A stretch of DNA of 64,000 nt from Nitrospiraceae bacterium (GTDB lineage Bacteria; Nitrospirota; Nitrospiria; Nitrospirales; Nitrospiraceae), in contig JBFWWG010000010.1 in NCBI GenBank assembly GCA_050246315.1, positions 103,088-167,087 of the forward strand, given 5' to 3'. Of the stretch, positions 20,988 to 31,182 are shown piece after piece (within the stretch, counting starts at the first letter, position 1; the number at the start of each line of letters is the position of its first letter). The notes beneath the pieces were generated by a model that worked only from the letters and a program-made list of their open reading frames with translations, searched no databases and was not told where the DNA came from. A program made the position numbers and the translations under genes.

Positions 20988-21237
20988 TAAATGAGGCGAG
21001 CTGCGGTACGTTCCGTGCCGGGGGAGATACAAGGTCGTGCAGGTGAGTGGCCTGCCTGAATGGACTCGGTCGGGCTGATGTTTGCCTGACAAGGCGGCAT
21101 GGCATTGCACATCGCATGATCAGGACCCTGGCGGCCCTAGGAATGAGAGTGGTAGGATACAAGAGAGTTGATCGAGGCTTGGGGGACTGGCCTGATGCTG
21201 TCCTCCAAGCGTCGAATTCTTGTTGATGGAATCTACC

Positions 21238-21591
21238 ATGGGATGTGCATGGGTTCGCGCAGCGTTCCTTACGCTCCTCGCCTCTCTCGGGCTGACAGAG
21301 GGAATTGCGTCGGAGGGAGGAGAGCCATCCAAGGAGGAAACCGCGATGCCGGATCAGTCACAGGAAGTCGGCCGTCCCAAAGCCACGATCGAGGCCGTCC
21401 GAGCTCGCAACGAAGGTAGTCTGATGGCCATTGAAGGAGTTGTTGGAATTGGGATTGGCCGGACTGCCAGCGGGGACGACGCCGTAGTAATCTACCTGCG
21501 TGATGAATCGGTGCGCCAGCGTGTGCCTGCCGCGATAGAAGGATATCCCCTGGAAATCGTTGTCACTGGCGGGATTGACGCGCAGCGCTGA
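21238..21591 (+). CDS. Stand-alone Nal1-type pro-domain-like protein
   Basis: LMAIEGVVGIGIG...AVVIYL...VPAAIEGYP resembles the N-terminus of 19720-20772; alternative start ATG 21346 has AAGGAGG. Confidence 0.7.
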   Translation: MGCAWVRAAFLTLLASLGLTEGIASEGGEPSKEETAMPDQSQEVGRPKATIEAVRARNEGSLMAIEGVVGIGIGRTASGDDAVVIYLRDESVRQRVPAAIEGYPLEIVVTGGIDAQR

Positions 21592-21918
21592 GCCGAAAAC
21601 CCGGAGGCTCCTTGGCTTTTCACGGGTTGGAGGGTATGGTTTGCCGAAAATCCAGATCGCCAGCAACCGCTCAGGGATGGGTCTTGTGCGCGACGCTCGT
21701 TGAGATATCCAGTGCACACAGGCCCATCATTCCTCCGAACCAGAAAGAGGAAGTCAGAACTAGGCTAGGAGGTCGTCCTTCAATCTGCACAGCACAGTCG
21801 AGAAGCCTGATCGTTCGGACTCCTCAACGAGGTAACCCGCGGTTACTCTCACGACCATCCACCCGGTGGCTAATTCCAAAGATGCCTCCTGCCCCGTTTC
21901 TCCGTATCTCATTCTTGG

Positions 21919-22011
21919 GGAGCGGCCTGGTTGGTGCCCCATTGCGCGCATCCAACGAGGGCCTTCTCAGGCCGCGCGTTGTGCGAGCACAGGACACCAA
22001 CCAGGCCGCTC
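21919..22011. repeat. Interspersed repeat, family E
   Basis: GAGCGGCCTGGTTGGTG ... CACCAACCAGGCCGCTC arms; core CCA.TGCGCGCA ... TGTGCGAGCACAG recurs at 26276-26630, 26853-27143, 52330-52680, 53790-53972. Confidence 0.75.
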
Positions 22012-22019
22012 CTCTCCCC

Positions 22020-22379
22020 TTACGTCTCCATCATCTCCAGCCTCGCATCGAACTCATGGCCGCAGGCGGTGCAGCGGATGCAGTCCGACTCGACCGTAAA
22101 CTCATCGGACCTGATGCCCATCCCGCCGCAATCCGAACAGCGGGCCAGGTGGACCTTGCGACCGTCCACCGTCTCATATTGAACACCCCGGAGACAGTAG
22201 ATCGGTGTTCCATCGAGCAGCCACGGCCGGCCCGCATTATCGACGACGGGCAACGCGAGATAGTGATGATTCACATAGTCCTGGATGTCGCGCTGGCTCG
22301 TGAACCCGTCACGGATGAGCTTCCCTCCCACCGCCTCGTAAAGCGCCTGTCCCTTCACGATCGTCTTGGTCGGCCCCAT
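22020..22379 (-). CDS. Conserved hypothetical protein with C-terminal zinc ribbon
   Basis: GGAGG RBS; CSDC...CTAC. Confidence 0.75.
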   Translation of the reverse strand: MGPTKTIVKGQALYEAVGGKLIRDGFTSQRDIQDYVNHHYLALPVVDNAGRPWLLDGTPIYCLRGVQYETVDGRKVHLARCSDCGGMGIRSDEFTVESDCIRCTACGHEFDARLEMMET

Positions 22380-22712
22380 ATTCCACCTCCCAATCTCGAA
22401 TAGGGCGTTGATGCGTGAGTGCGATACGTCTCGAACGAGCGCCAGTGGCCGTCTGCCAGAGGACCGAGCCTCGTTTCGCGGACGATCCAGATTCCGCCTA
22501 GCGGTTGGATGTGACAATCGAGGGGGACTTGAGACACACAGAGGATCGGTGCACCTCATGGCCCTGGCACCTCCTGCTGTCTTAAGTGGCGAGGAGGCCG
22601 ATCTTACCCCTGCTGTATCATAGAGGCAAGATGCCGTTTATGGAGCCGGTTGATCGAGCGCGTGATAACGAGATGACGACTGGACAAGGCATCGAGTAGG
22701 CCGACGGAGACC

Positions 22713-23396
22713 TTAATCGAAGAGGCGAAATCGGATGATGGTGTAGATGGCAGCCAAGCCATCTTTCCAGGTGATCTTCTTGCCTTCTTGATACGTGCGG
22801 CCTCGATAACTGACGGGCACTTCATAGATCCTATAGCCTCGTTTCGCGACCTTCATCGTAAACTCCGGCTCGAATCCGAATCGATTGGACCTGAGCGGCA
22901 GCCCCTTCAACACCTCCCGCTTGAACACTTTGTAGCAGACTTCCATATCGGACAAGTTCAGGTTACTGAGCGCGTTAGAGAGCAACGTCAGCATCTTATT
23001 TCCAACGTAATGCCAGAAGAACAACACCCGGTGAGGCCCACCGAGAAATCGCGACCCATAGACGACATCGGCATGACCATCTTGAATGGGCCGCAGGAGG
23101 ATCGGATAGTCCGCGGGATCATACTCCAGATCGGCATCTTGGACGATGACCACATCCCCGCTGGCGGCTTCAAATCCGGTACGCAAGGCCGCCCCCTTCC
23201 CTCGATTGCATTCGTGCAAGAGGACACGGACTTCCGAGCGCCGCTTGAGCACCTCAAGATGCGCTCTCGTGCCATCGGTGGATCCGTCATCGACGATGAT
23301 GATTTCCTTCTCAAAGGGCACTTGCTGCACGCGCGAGACAATCTCGTCGATAGTGGCGAGTTCGTTAAACACAGGGATCACAACCGAAATCTTCAT
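22713..23396 (-). CDS. Glycosyltransferase family 2 (DPM1-like)
   Basis: ISVVIPVFNE, VDDGSTDGT, NRGKGAA, QDADLEYDP. Confidence 0.93.
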   Translation of the reverse strand: MKISVVIPVFNELATIDEIVSRVQQVPFEKEIIIVDDGSTDGTRAHLEVLKRRSEVRVLLHECNRGKGAALRTGFEAASGDVVIVQDADLEYDPADYPILLRPIQDGHADVVYGSRFLGGPHRVLFFWHYVGNKMLTLLSNALSNLNLSDMEVCYKVFKREVLKGLPLRSNRFGFEPEFTMKVAKRGYRIYEVPVSYRGRTYQEGKKITWKDGLAAIYTIIRFRLFD

Positions 23397-23887
23397 CTCA
23401 TCCCGTCCTGACCGCTCCGCCCAAAAACCGGGGCTCGCCGCCGTCACCCTCGGCCCATGGCGACGTCCAGCCGCATTGGAGAAGACCAGGCTAGAACACG
23501 GGCAAACTTGTGTCAAGGCTAGGGCGCCCTATATATACGTATTTCACCCGCCACTTTACGCATGCGCCACTGCTTCACCGAAGGACCTTCGCGGGCTCAT
23601 GGATCAGATCGCCGCTGATTGCAATCTGCAAGACCAGAGACGTCTGAACAGCTCCACGCATCCTCAATAGAGTTCGAGTCCAGACGTTGACTCGACTCCC
23701 GTTCCTATGCTCTGCTCCCGCATGGTGGCACATCCTTTTGTAGCCGGGCCTTGGCTCGGTGGGTTTGATCACCCGAAATTTGCCGCCGCCTTATTCCTCT
23801 TTCCACATCTTTTGATCCTGCCTCCGATGCACAGACAGGCCGCGAATAACCACGTGCATGAGATACCCAGAGAGTGAGGAGACAACG

Positions 23888-24277
23888 ATGCCGAGACAGA
23901 CTTTTTCGTCCGGCACCCCATGGGAACCCATCGTGGGATATTCCCGGGCGGTGCGGGTCGGTCCGTACATTCACGTGTCGGGCACAACGGCCACCGATGA
24001 GAACGGCGAGATTGCCGCCCCGCATGATCCCTATGGTCAAACCGTTCAGTGTCTCCGCAATATCAAGGCCGCTCTAGAAAAGGCAGGCGTCGGGCTCTCC
24101 CATGTCGTGAGGACGAGAATCTATGTGGTCCATATCGACGACTGGGAGACAATCGGTCGCGCCCATGGCGAAGTGTTTCGCGATATCCGACCGGCCACGA
24201 GCATGATCGAGGTGCGTCGCCTCATCTCCCCCAAGATGCTGGTCGAGATCGAGGCCGACGCGTATGTCGGGGATTGA
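23888..24277 (+). CDS. RidA/YjgF family protein
   Basis: [24 protein letters not shown]. Confidence 0.92.
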   Translation: MPRQTFSSGTPWEPIVGYSRAVRVGPYIHVSGTTATDENGEIAAPHDPYGQTVQCLRNIKAALEKAGVGLSHVVRTRIYVVHIDDWETIGRAHGEVFRDIRPATSMIEVRRLISPKMLVEIEADAYVGD

Positions 24278-24708
24278 TTGTTCAGAACTCTTCGATCTGA
24301 ACCCACGGGATACGGGGAAAGTCCTTGTGATCGTAGGTGAGAGTCTGCGAGAGCCCCTGCTCGATTATTTCACACGCGAACGGGCTAGCCATGCCCGGCC
24401 ACCTTCTTGGCAACGGAGCGCTTGACCACATGACGAATCCTGTGAAAATCTTCGAGATGCGCCGATGGAGAAACCGAGTCTCTAAGATCGGAGACTCTTA
24501 AGGGCGCGCCCCTTTGTTTCAGCAGAGTAGGCGAAGATAATCGCCCACCGGTTGGTCACAGCAGTTGAGGAGACATGCCGGATATGTTAGTGGAATGAAT
24601 GGCTGTAGTAATTCCTATCTACTAGCTGTACCATCGCAAGACACGATTTCAATAGCGTAAGTGCGTGGCCCAAGATTGGCCATTAGTTCATACTGATGGA
24701 GGGACAAC

Positions 24709-25323
24709 ATGAACCTTAATCTTGCGCTGATTCTGGCGATAGCGCTCTCTGTAGGTGGATGCACCTCGACCATTCACAAGACATTCACCATCGACAACCG
24801 GCCGGCCGGTAGCGTCAGTCTCGACGCGAAGCAGCGAGTCATTCTTGTTACTGACAAAGGCGGCCCTCGGCATGATGAGCGCATTGTCTGCGCGGAGCCC
24901 AGCCCGGATGCGGTCGTGGGTATCACTGCATCGGCGACGGCAAAAGCCATGGCACCCAACCAGCCGGTCGCGGAACTTTCCGGATCAATGACCGAGGCGC
25001 TGGCTCAACTTGGTCAGCGCACCCAAATGATTCAACTTCTTCGAGACGGCCTCTATAGAGTCTGCGAGGCATACATGAATGGGCTTGTAGACAAGGAGCT
25101 CTATGAGGAAGTCATATATATGTACGATGATTTCGTCGTTACCATTGTCGCGCTGGAGGCATTGGCCAAACAGAGTCCTTCTAGCTCAGTCTCCACTGAC
25201 AAGACGGACGCCAAAACAAACTCGACAACCGACCGAACGATCAAGGAAGTGATCGACACCTACCTTGATCACCAGAAGTGGCTATTCAAGCTGTATTATG
25301 AAAAGGAAAGGCAACGGAAGTGA
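24709..25323 (+). CDS. Hypothetical lipoprotein
   Basis: GGAGGG RBS; lipobox VGGC; CAEPSPD and LLRDGLYRVCEAY segments. Confidence 0.75.
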   Translation: MNLNLALILAIALSVGGCTSTIHKTFTIDNRPAGSVSLDAKQRVILVTDKGGPRHDERIVCAEPSPDAVVGITASATAKAMAPNQPVAELSGSMTEALAQLGQRTQMIQLLRDGLYRVCEAYMNGLVDKELYEEVIYMYDDFVVTIVALEALAKQSPSSSVSTDKTDAKTNSTTDRTIKEVIDTYLDHQKWLFKLYYEKERQRK

Positions 25324-25331
25324 GCGGCCAG

Positions 25332-25979
25332 TTATGTGGCAATTCTCTCAAAGCGGCCGATCATGCAAACGAGCTTAATTAGCGATGGAGACCAGATAAC
25401 GAACCGGATTGGCAAACCTCCGGCCGCCAAGATCTTGGCGATCGTGGTTGCACAATTGTTACACAGGAAGTGATAGGATTCTCTATTGCTTTCTGCGTCG
25501 TTAATTAGTCGTTCAATTTCCCGCAAGGCCTCCTCTGGATATTTTGGCACCCACTTGTATGCCATGGTTGCCTGTGACTCCTTCCATCGGGTACTTTTCC
25601 AACTCTGCGCGGACGTACCCATGGGATCATTCGTCACAAGAACGGTGTCTATCTGATCAGGTCGAGGAAACTCCCCTGGCATGTACCCTGGCACAATGGC
25701 GGCCTCTGCCAAACCATAAGACAACGTCCGGCGTCCTGGCTCAAAGCACATCCATTCGCGTGCTGTTCTCTTCACCTTCTCCCAAAATGACTTCTTGCTC
25801 TTTACGGCATCTCTGACGGTTGTAAAAGAGCGAGGCCACCAACCCCAGTAAGCCCGAGTCGAGCCATCGTCCTGTATCGCCAGAGAAACATGTCCATACC
25901 TCAGGCGAGGCAACCGAACGCGACCGGGTGACCTGCGGCGAGCGGGAGCCTCATGCCAATAGTAGATGATAACTGTCAT
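25332..25979 (-). CDS. Putative permuted papain-like (NlpC/P60-LRAT/PPPDE-type) protein
   Basis: N-terminal YGHVSL and C-terminal YHFLCNNCA (His before Cys). Confidence 0.55.
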   Translation of the reverse strand: MTVIIYYWHEAPARRRSPGRVRLPRLRYGHVSLAIQDDGSTRAYWGWWPRSFTTVRDAVKSKKSFWEKVKRTAREWMCFEPGRRTLSYGLAEAAIVPGYMPGEFPRPDQIDTVLVTNDPMGTSAQSWKSTRWKESQATMAYKWVPKYPEEALREIERLINDAESNRESYHFLCNNCATTIAKILAAGGLPIRFVIWSPSLIKLVCMIGRFERIAT

Positions 25980-26275
25980 CGGTCTTGTCCACGAGCGACT
26001 GGCCCCCCCATCGATTCAAGCGAAGACAGCCACGTTGTTCATTACTGAACGGATCGCGCAACCACCTACCCAAACCTTCAAAACCAGTCGCTTCATCAAT
26101 CTCCTGGAATGGCAATGTGCTGCTGCAACCGCAACCGTTGAAATCGAGAATGCGCGATGCAAGCTTGTTCGTTGTCTTATCTCCACTAAGGCATCCTTAG
26201 CGACCCGCCTAGTCCATTGCCCGTTCGCTTCGATACTCCTCGTCGACTGCTGATTCTTCCGCAGCGGAGCGGCTG

Positions 26276-26630
26276 GCGTGGTCTCCATTGCGCGCTGTCA
26301 ATGATCCTTCCAAACTTGTTGGTCCTCTCTTCACAGAAAGGTGGCCTGATTGATCTTCCACTGCGCGCGTCGCGACCCGTTGCAACCGAGAAAGCAACGG
26401 GTCCTCCGGCACCGCCCGCCACATAACAATCTGATCGCCCTTGTGTGCGCGTTGCGCGAGCACAGGAGATCAACAGGCCACCTTCCACTTTCCTATCGTG
26501 CGCCCTCTGCGAGCACAGAGACCATGCCAGCCGCTTCGGCAACTCCAATGCTCCTTCCAAACTTGTTCGTCGCCTTTTCTCGTACGAGCGGCCATCCTTC
26601 AACAAGGCCGTATTGCTATGTCTGTTTTAC
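26276..26630. repeat. Cluster of family E repeat units
   Basis: Repeated CTCCTTCCAA.CTTG.TCG, GGTGGCCTGATTG and GCGAGCACAG motifs matching 52330-52680; boundaries approximate. Confidence 0.65.
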
Positions 26631-26721
26631 TCGCTCGGTTACTAGCAGTGTGTTGACAAACCATATGATGAGACTCGAAAGGGAACGACGTCTCAGATCA
26701 CACACGCAGTCTGTGTGCATC

Positions 26722-26849
26722 GCAGGCTGTTCAGAAAGGCCGTCCAGCAAGGCCGCAGCGAGCGAAGTGGCGAATCGTACTCTCTGCCGTACGTTGAGCC
26801 TCTAAGCGACGCGAGAACGCCGCTGGCGGACTTTGTCAACAGCCTGCTA
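26722..26849. repeat. MITE/REP-like element, family C
   Basis: GCAGGCTGTT.A.AAAG ... CTTTGTCAACAGCCTGC arms; homologous to 3527-3656. Confidence 0.75.
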
Positions 26850-26852
26850 GAA

Positions 26853-27143
26853 GGGGCAGCCAGGTTGTCCTTTACTGCGCGCATCGAGCGACCACCGTTT
26901 CATCGTGGGGGCTCTGCGAGCAAGAAGGATGACCTGGCTGCCCCCTCCCCTTCGTCTGCGGCCGTGCATTGTGCGAGCAGCTACAAATGCTCCTTCCAAG
27001 CTTGCTCGTTGTCTTATCACCTAAGAGTAGCCTGGTTTGGTCCTCAACTGCGCACATCGAACGAGCACCGCCCTTGATTCACAAATCTAATCGGTCAGGT
27101 GTGCGCGTTCTGTGAGCACGGGGGACCAACCAGGCTGCTCTCC
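26853..27143. repeat. Family E composite repeat
   Basis: GCAGCCAGGTTG ... CAACCAGGCTGC arms; internal CTGCGCGCATCGAGCGA and TGTGCGAGCA. Confidence 0.65.
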
Positions 27144-29458
27144 TATTCCCTCTCCCGTCCATGCATCCGCATGAACAACTCCCAATCAAACGACTTGGGC
27201 GCGAGCGCGTGCAGCGGAATGGCTTCAACCACAGCATGGTCGCGATAGGCCAGCATGCAGCCGATGACATCACCCGGCCGTTCGACCAGCCTGCGGATCG
27301 TCTCATAGGCCAACTGCTGCGCGATAGTTTTGTCCTCCGGCGTCGGCGGGGCGCCGCGCAACGTATGGCCGAGGATCGTGGCCTTCGTGGCGGGCGTGAG
27401 CGGATAGTGCCCATCATGCGAGTGCACCTGCGGCCAGCCGGCGACCTCGCGCGCGACAAACTCAGGCAAGCCGTGCACACCGCCGTCCGGATGGTGGCGA
27501 TGCGGCGTCCGCTCGGCGACGATGAACAGATGGCTCTTGTTCGGCACGCCTAACGAGCGCTTCAAGGTGCCGAGAATCACCTCGTCGATGTAGGCGTCAG
27601 GATCGGGATGTTCATTGACCAGGACGCCTTCCGCTCTGGCCTGATAGGCACAGGCCAGGGCCAGATGCCCGGACCCGGCTCCCATGACCTCCACGAAAAA
27701 CACGCTCCCCATCGCCGAACTCGTCGCCTTCAACGATTCAATCGATTGATCCGCCAATCGAATAGCCGAGTGAAAGCCCAGCGACGTGGTACCGGCCAGA
27801 TTATTGTCGATCGTCCCCGGAATCCCGACGACCTGTACCCCGAAGGTCTCATAGACGGCGCGCGCCCCGCGCAGGCTGCCGTCGCCGCCGAGTACGACCA
27901 GAGCGCCATCCCGTAGGAACGGCTCCAGATGCCGCACCGCCGCCTGCTGCACCTGTTCATCCTTAAAGTCCTCGAACCGGCTACTGCCGATCGGGCTGCT
28001 CGGCCGGCTGCCCAACATGCGCGTATCCTGCTCGGAGATCTTCTCGATCCAGTTGTTGGCCAGTCCGAGAAAGCCGTGCCGCACGAAGTACACTTCCAGT
28101 CCGAACCGATTGCCGGTCACCCGCAGTTCTTTCAGCGCCGCGCCCGCACCCGCGAAGTCTCCGCCCGACACCAGCGCCACGATCCGTTTCACCTGCTGCG
28201 GCTTGAGTGTGACCCGATCCCGTCTCGTGCGTTCCACCGACATCCAGGCTTCCCGCTCCGCCCGATCGCGCTGCGACAGGCCCACGGCCGTGGAGTAGCC
28301 GGAGATCTGGCGGTTCTCATAGGTCAACAACACGACGTTGTCCTGACCTTCTTTGTATTCGCCGAACTCGGTGAAGGCCTCCGCGAACGGACGCGGGTCC
28401 AGAAAGATCATCAAGGCCCGCAAAGTCGAGCTGTGGGTATAGAGACAGGCCACGGTGCCACGATGAGCCTCCGCCAGCCGATGAATGCCGTCGACCACGT
28501 TCACATAGGTGTCAAAAAAGGAGTTGCCGCCCGGATAACAGTAGAGCGGATGCTTGAGCAACGTCTTCGCAACCTTCGCTTCGACCCCGAACGCCTGTGC
28601 CGCCGCCTCCGTTTCCGCCGCCTTTTCAACGCCGGTCGCCCAGCCGAAGTCCTGCGACTCCAAGGCATCCGCCGTCATGGGAGCGGCCGATTCGCCCCGT
28701 CCCGCCGCCAGCGCCGCGGACACTCGCTGATACAACTGCGTCGTGTTCGGGCTTCGGCTCACCAGATGCACGAACGAAGGCGGGTCCAGGTAATTGTGGA
28801 CGTGTAAGTAATCGAACTGCTGCCCGACGACCCCGAGAATTTTCGCCAAGGCCAATCCGACCGCATCCGCCTTGTCCACGCCGCGCCCCGGGTCCAACAC
28901 GTTCGCGAGGCGGCAGCCGACACGATGGGTCTTGCTCTCGACCTGCGAGATGCCGTGCCGCATCGCAAAGAGCAAGGTGCGTTCGGTCAGGTTGCGCGGG
29001 AGGAGCCAGAAACGGTCGTCTCCGAGATCGAGAACGATCCGTCCTTCCGCCAGTTGCGGGGTGAGTTGCGCGCGGGCCACGATCGCGACTGGACGCCGGA
29101 TCGGCGGCTTTTGCACACGCCCGATGGCGGCCCGGTAGAGCGGCGTCAGGCGGCCCTCTGAGACCAGCTTGTTCCAGGCCGCGTAAAAGACCAGTTCATC
29201 GCCGGCGCAGCCGTTATGAATGAGGGCCTGCCTGGCCGCACGATAGGCACCGGCATCGGCCATCCCGGTTACGGCAAGCTCCACGAAAGACAGGATGCCC
29301 TGTTCCGCGGCCGAAACGAGGCCGGCACGATCGGGAACCCCTGAGAGCGGGCCTGGAAGCGCAGCCTCACCGATACGAGGCAGGCGGCTCAGGGTTTCGC
29401 CGTAGGCCAACAGCGATTCCACCGTGACAAAGCCGAGGTTGTCCATCTTGGCTGCCAT
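27143..29458 (-). CDS. Histidine-phosphatase domain fused to ATP-type 6-phosphofructokinase
   Basis: FAMRHG, LESQDFG, YPGGNSF, YTHSSTL, then LVSGGD, IGSSR, LGGDGS, IPGTIDNN, VEVMG, ILGHTLRG. Confidence 0.85.
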   Translation of the reverse strand: MAAKMDNLGFVTVESLLAYGETLSRLPRIGEAALPGPLSGVPDRAGLVSAAEQGILSFVELAVTGMADAGAYRAARQALIHNGCAGDELVFYAAWNKLVSEGRLTPLYRAAIGRVQKPPIRRPVAIVARAQLTPQLAEGRIVLDLGDDRFWLLPRNLTERTLLFAMRHGISQVESKTHRVGCRLANVLDPGRGVDKADAVGLALAKILGVVGQQFDYLHVHNYLDPPSFVHLVSRSPNTTQLYQRVSAALAAGRGESAAPMTADALESQDFGWATGVEKAAETEAAAQAFGVEAKVAKTLLKHPLYCYPGGNSFFDTYVNVVDGIHRLAEAHRGTVACLYTHSSTLRALMIFLDPRPFAEAFTEFGEYKEGQDNVVLLTYENRQISGYSTAVGLSQRDRAEREAWMSVERTRRDRVTLKPQQVKRIVALVSGGDFAGAGAALKELRVTGNRFGLEVYFVRHGFLGLANNWIEKISEQDTRMLGSRPSSPIGSSRFEDFKDEQVQQAAVRHLEPFLRDGALVVLGGDGSLRGARAVYETFGVQVVGIPGTIDNNLAGTTSLGFHSAIRLADQSIESLKATSSAMGSVFFVEVMGAGSGHLALACAYQARAEGVLVNEHPDPDAYIDEVILGTLKRSLGVPNKSHLFIVAERTPHRHHPDGGVHGLPEFVAREVAGWPQVHSHDGHYPLTPATKATILGHTLRGAPPTPEDKTIAQQLAYETIRRLVERPGDVIGCMLAYRDHAVVEAIPLHALAPKSFDWELFMRMHGRERE

Positions 29459-29472
29459 GGCTCGATGAGAAG

Positions 29473-31182
29473 CTAGAAGCGCGACGCCGAGAGGGAGATA
29501 TCCGCCCGCACCCAGGCCTTCTGGAACTCCGCCTCCGCTGCCGCGGCCTCCTTCGTTTTCCGTTGAGCATCGAGGCTTTGCTTCAACCCGAACAGGGCCC
29601 AGCCGTTATGCGGGTGCTGCGTGAGATCGAGACGATAGACCTGCTCCGCTTCTGCCGGCCGCTTCGCCTGCAAAAGGACGGCGCCCAGCGAATGACGCAC
29701 CGGAATGTGCCACAGGGGCGGCTCATAGTAACGCAGGGCATCCTCCAGTTTCGCCGCGCCGCTCAAGATCGTGACAGCCTCATCATATTGCCCCTGGCGC
29801 GCCGCGATTTCGCCCGCCAGAACCCCCTCGGCGATTCGGGTCAAATCCACCACCCGGCTGATGCCGATCGTCCGGTCCTCCGGCAACGAGCCGGCCAAGT
29901 CGACCAGAGCCTGATTCTCCTTTTGCGCCTCGTCGAAGAGTCCCGTGGCTGCGAATGCCATGCCGCGGGCATAGTGCGCAATCGCCGTCGTATAGGTAAG
30001 CTCGGCCGGTGGTTTGGGCATCGTCAGGATCTCCTCCCACTGTCCGAACCGCACCAGCGAGAACAACAGCGAGGGAGTGAACTCTTCCAGCGCCGGCACT
30101 TGTTTCGCCGCCTCATACGGCACCAAGGTGTGAAGGTCGCGCGCGGCCTTGATCGCCTCCTTGCTGCGCCCCTCCATCGTCAAGGCCGACCAGAGAAAGT
30201 GCACGTTGTGAGGATAGTAGCCCATCGGATAGATGCCGGTGAGATGGCGATGCGCGAGATAATCGTGATCCACAGACACCGCGTGGACATTCTGCTCCGC
30301 CGCTTCCTTGTACATGCCCAGCCGAAGGTAGATGTGTCCCGGCATGTGGACCAGATGCCCGGCCCCGGGCATCAACGACGGCAAGCGCTTGGCGCAGGAG
30401 AGCGCTCGTTCCGGCTTCAACGAAGCCTCGACCGCATGAATGTAATAGTGACAGGCGCCCGGATGGTCGGGATTCAGCGTCAACGCCCGCTCCAACGTCG
30501 AAACAATTTCGTTGGCATGGCCTTTGGGCTGTCCCTCCGGCGTCCAATAGTCCCAGGGCTGGCGAACCATCATCGCTTCGGCGTAGAGGGTGGCGGCATC
30601 GGCATCGTCCATGTATTGCGCCCACAATTTGCCCATCACATCCACATAGACTTCATCCAACACGTCGCGCTTCGCATCGGCTCCGATCTCATAGCGCTCG
30701 GCGAGCGCCTCGATGTAGGTCCGCTCTTTCGGACTTGCGCCTGCGGCACGGGCTCGGGCCTGCTGAATCGCTCCGTAGGCCCGCTTCTCGGCCTCCCGAT
30801 CCATCGGCAAGTTGATGTTCGGGCCGAGCGCCAACGCGATGCCCCAGTGGGGCATCGCCGCCTTGGGATCGAGTTTGGCGGCTTCCTCAAACGAATTGAC
30901 GGCTTCCTCGTGATTGAAGGCGAAGACCAGGCGCAATCCCTGGTCGAAGTACTGCTGCGCCTTCGGTGACGCGGTCGTGATGGGATGGTGGAGCGTGCCG
31001 AGATTGTCGAATAACGGTGTGTGACTCTTGCCGACAACCGGAGGGGCCGGAGTTGTCGTATCGGGCTTGTCAGTCGTACGGAGCGGCCGATCGGCCGAGT
31101 AGCCGGTTCCAGAGAGCGCGCACAGTGCCACGAGCGCGAACACCCACATCCGCCGTGCGCCGCCAGGTGGTTGCATCATCAT
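29473..31182 (-). CDS. Secreted TPR-containing protein
   Basis: GGAGGA RBS; signal peptide; AQQYFDQGL, HPGACHYYIHAVE, HLVHMPGHIY; TPR-like helices. Confidence 0.8.
   Translation of the reverse strand: MMMQPPGGARRMWVFALVALCALSGTGYSADRPLRTTDKPDTTTPAPPVVGKSHTPLFDNLGTLHHPITTASPKAQQYFDQGLRLVFAFNHEEAVNSFEEAAKLDPKAAMPHWGIALALGPNINLPMDREAEKRAYGAIQQARARAAGASPKERTYIEALAERYEIGADAKRDVLDEVYVDVMGKLWAQYMDDADAATLYAEAMMVRQPWDYWTPEGQPKGHANEIVSTLERALTLNPDHPGACHYYIHAVEASLKPERALSCAKRLPSLMPGAGHLVHMPGHIYLRLGMYKEAAEQNVHAVSVDHDYLAHRHLTGIYPMGYYPHNVHFLWSALTMEGRSKEAIKAARDLHTLVPYEAAKQVPALEEFTPSLLFSLVRFGQWEEILTMPKPPAELTYTTAIAHYARGMAFAATGLFDEAQKENQALVDLAGSLPEDRTIGISRVVDLTRIAEGVLAGEIAARQGQYDEAVTILSGAAKLEDALRYYEPPLWHIPVRHSLGAVLLQAKRPAEAEQVYRLDLTQHPHNGWALFGLKQSLDAQRKTKEAAAAEAEFQKAWVRADISLSASRF

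Noticed and set aside
21095..21116. Sigma54-like GGCATGGCATTGCA upstream of the 21238 gene
   Set aside because: GG-to-GC spacing is 9 or 11 nt rather than the required 10
29563..30969. Long antisense ORFs (also 53889-55226, 828-1967, 39625-40560)
   Set aside because: Opposite-strand shadows of well-supported genes, expected in high-GC DNA
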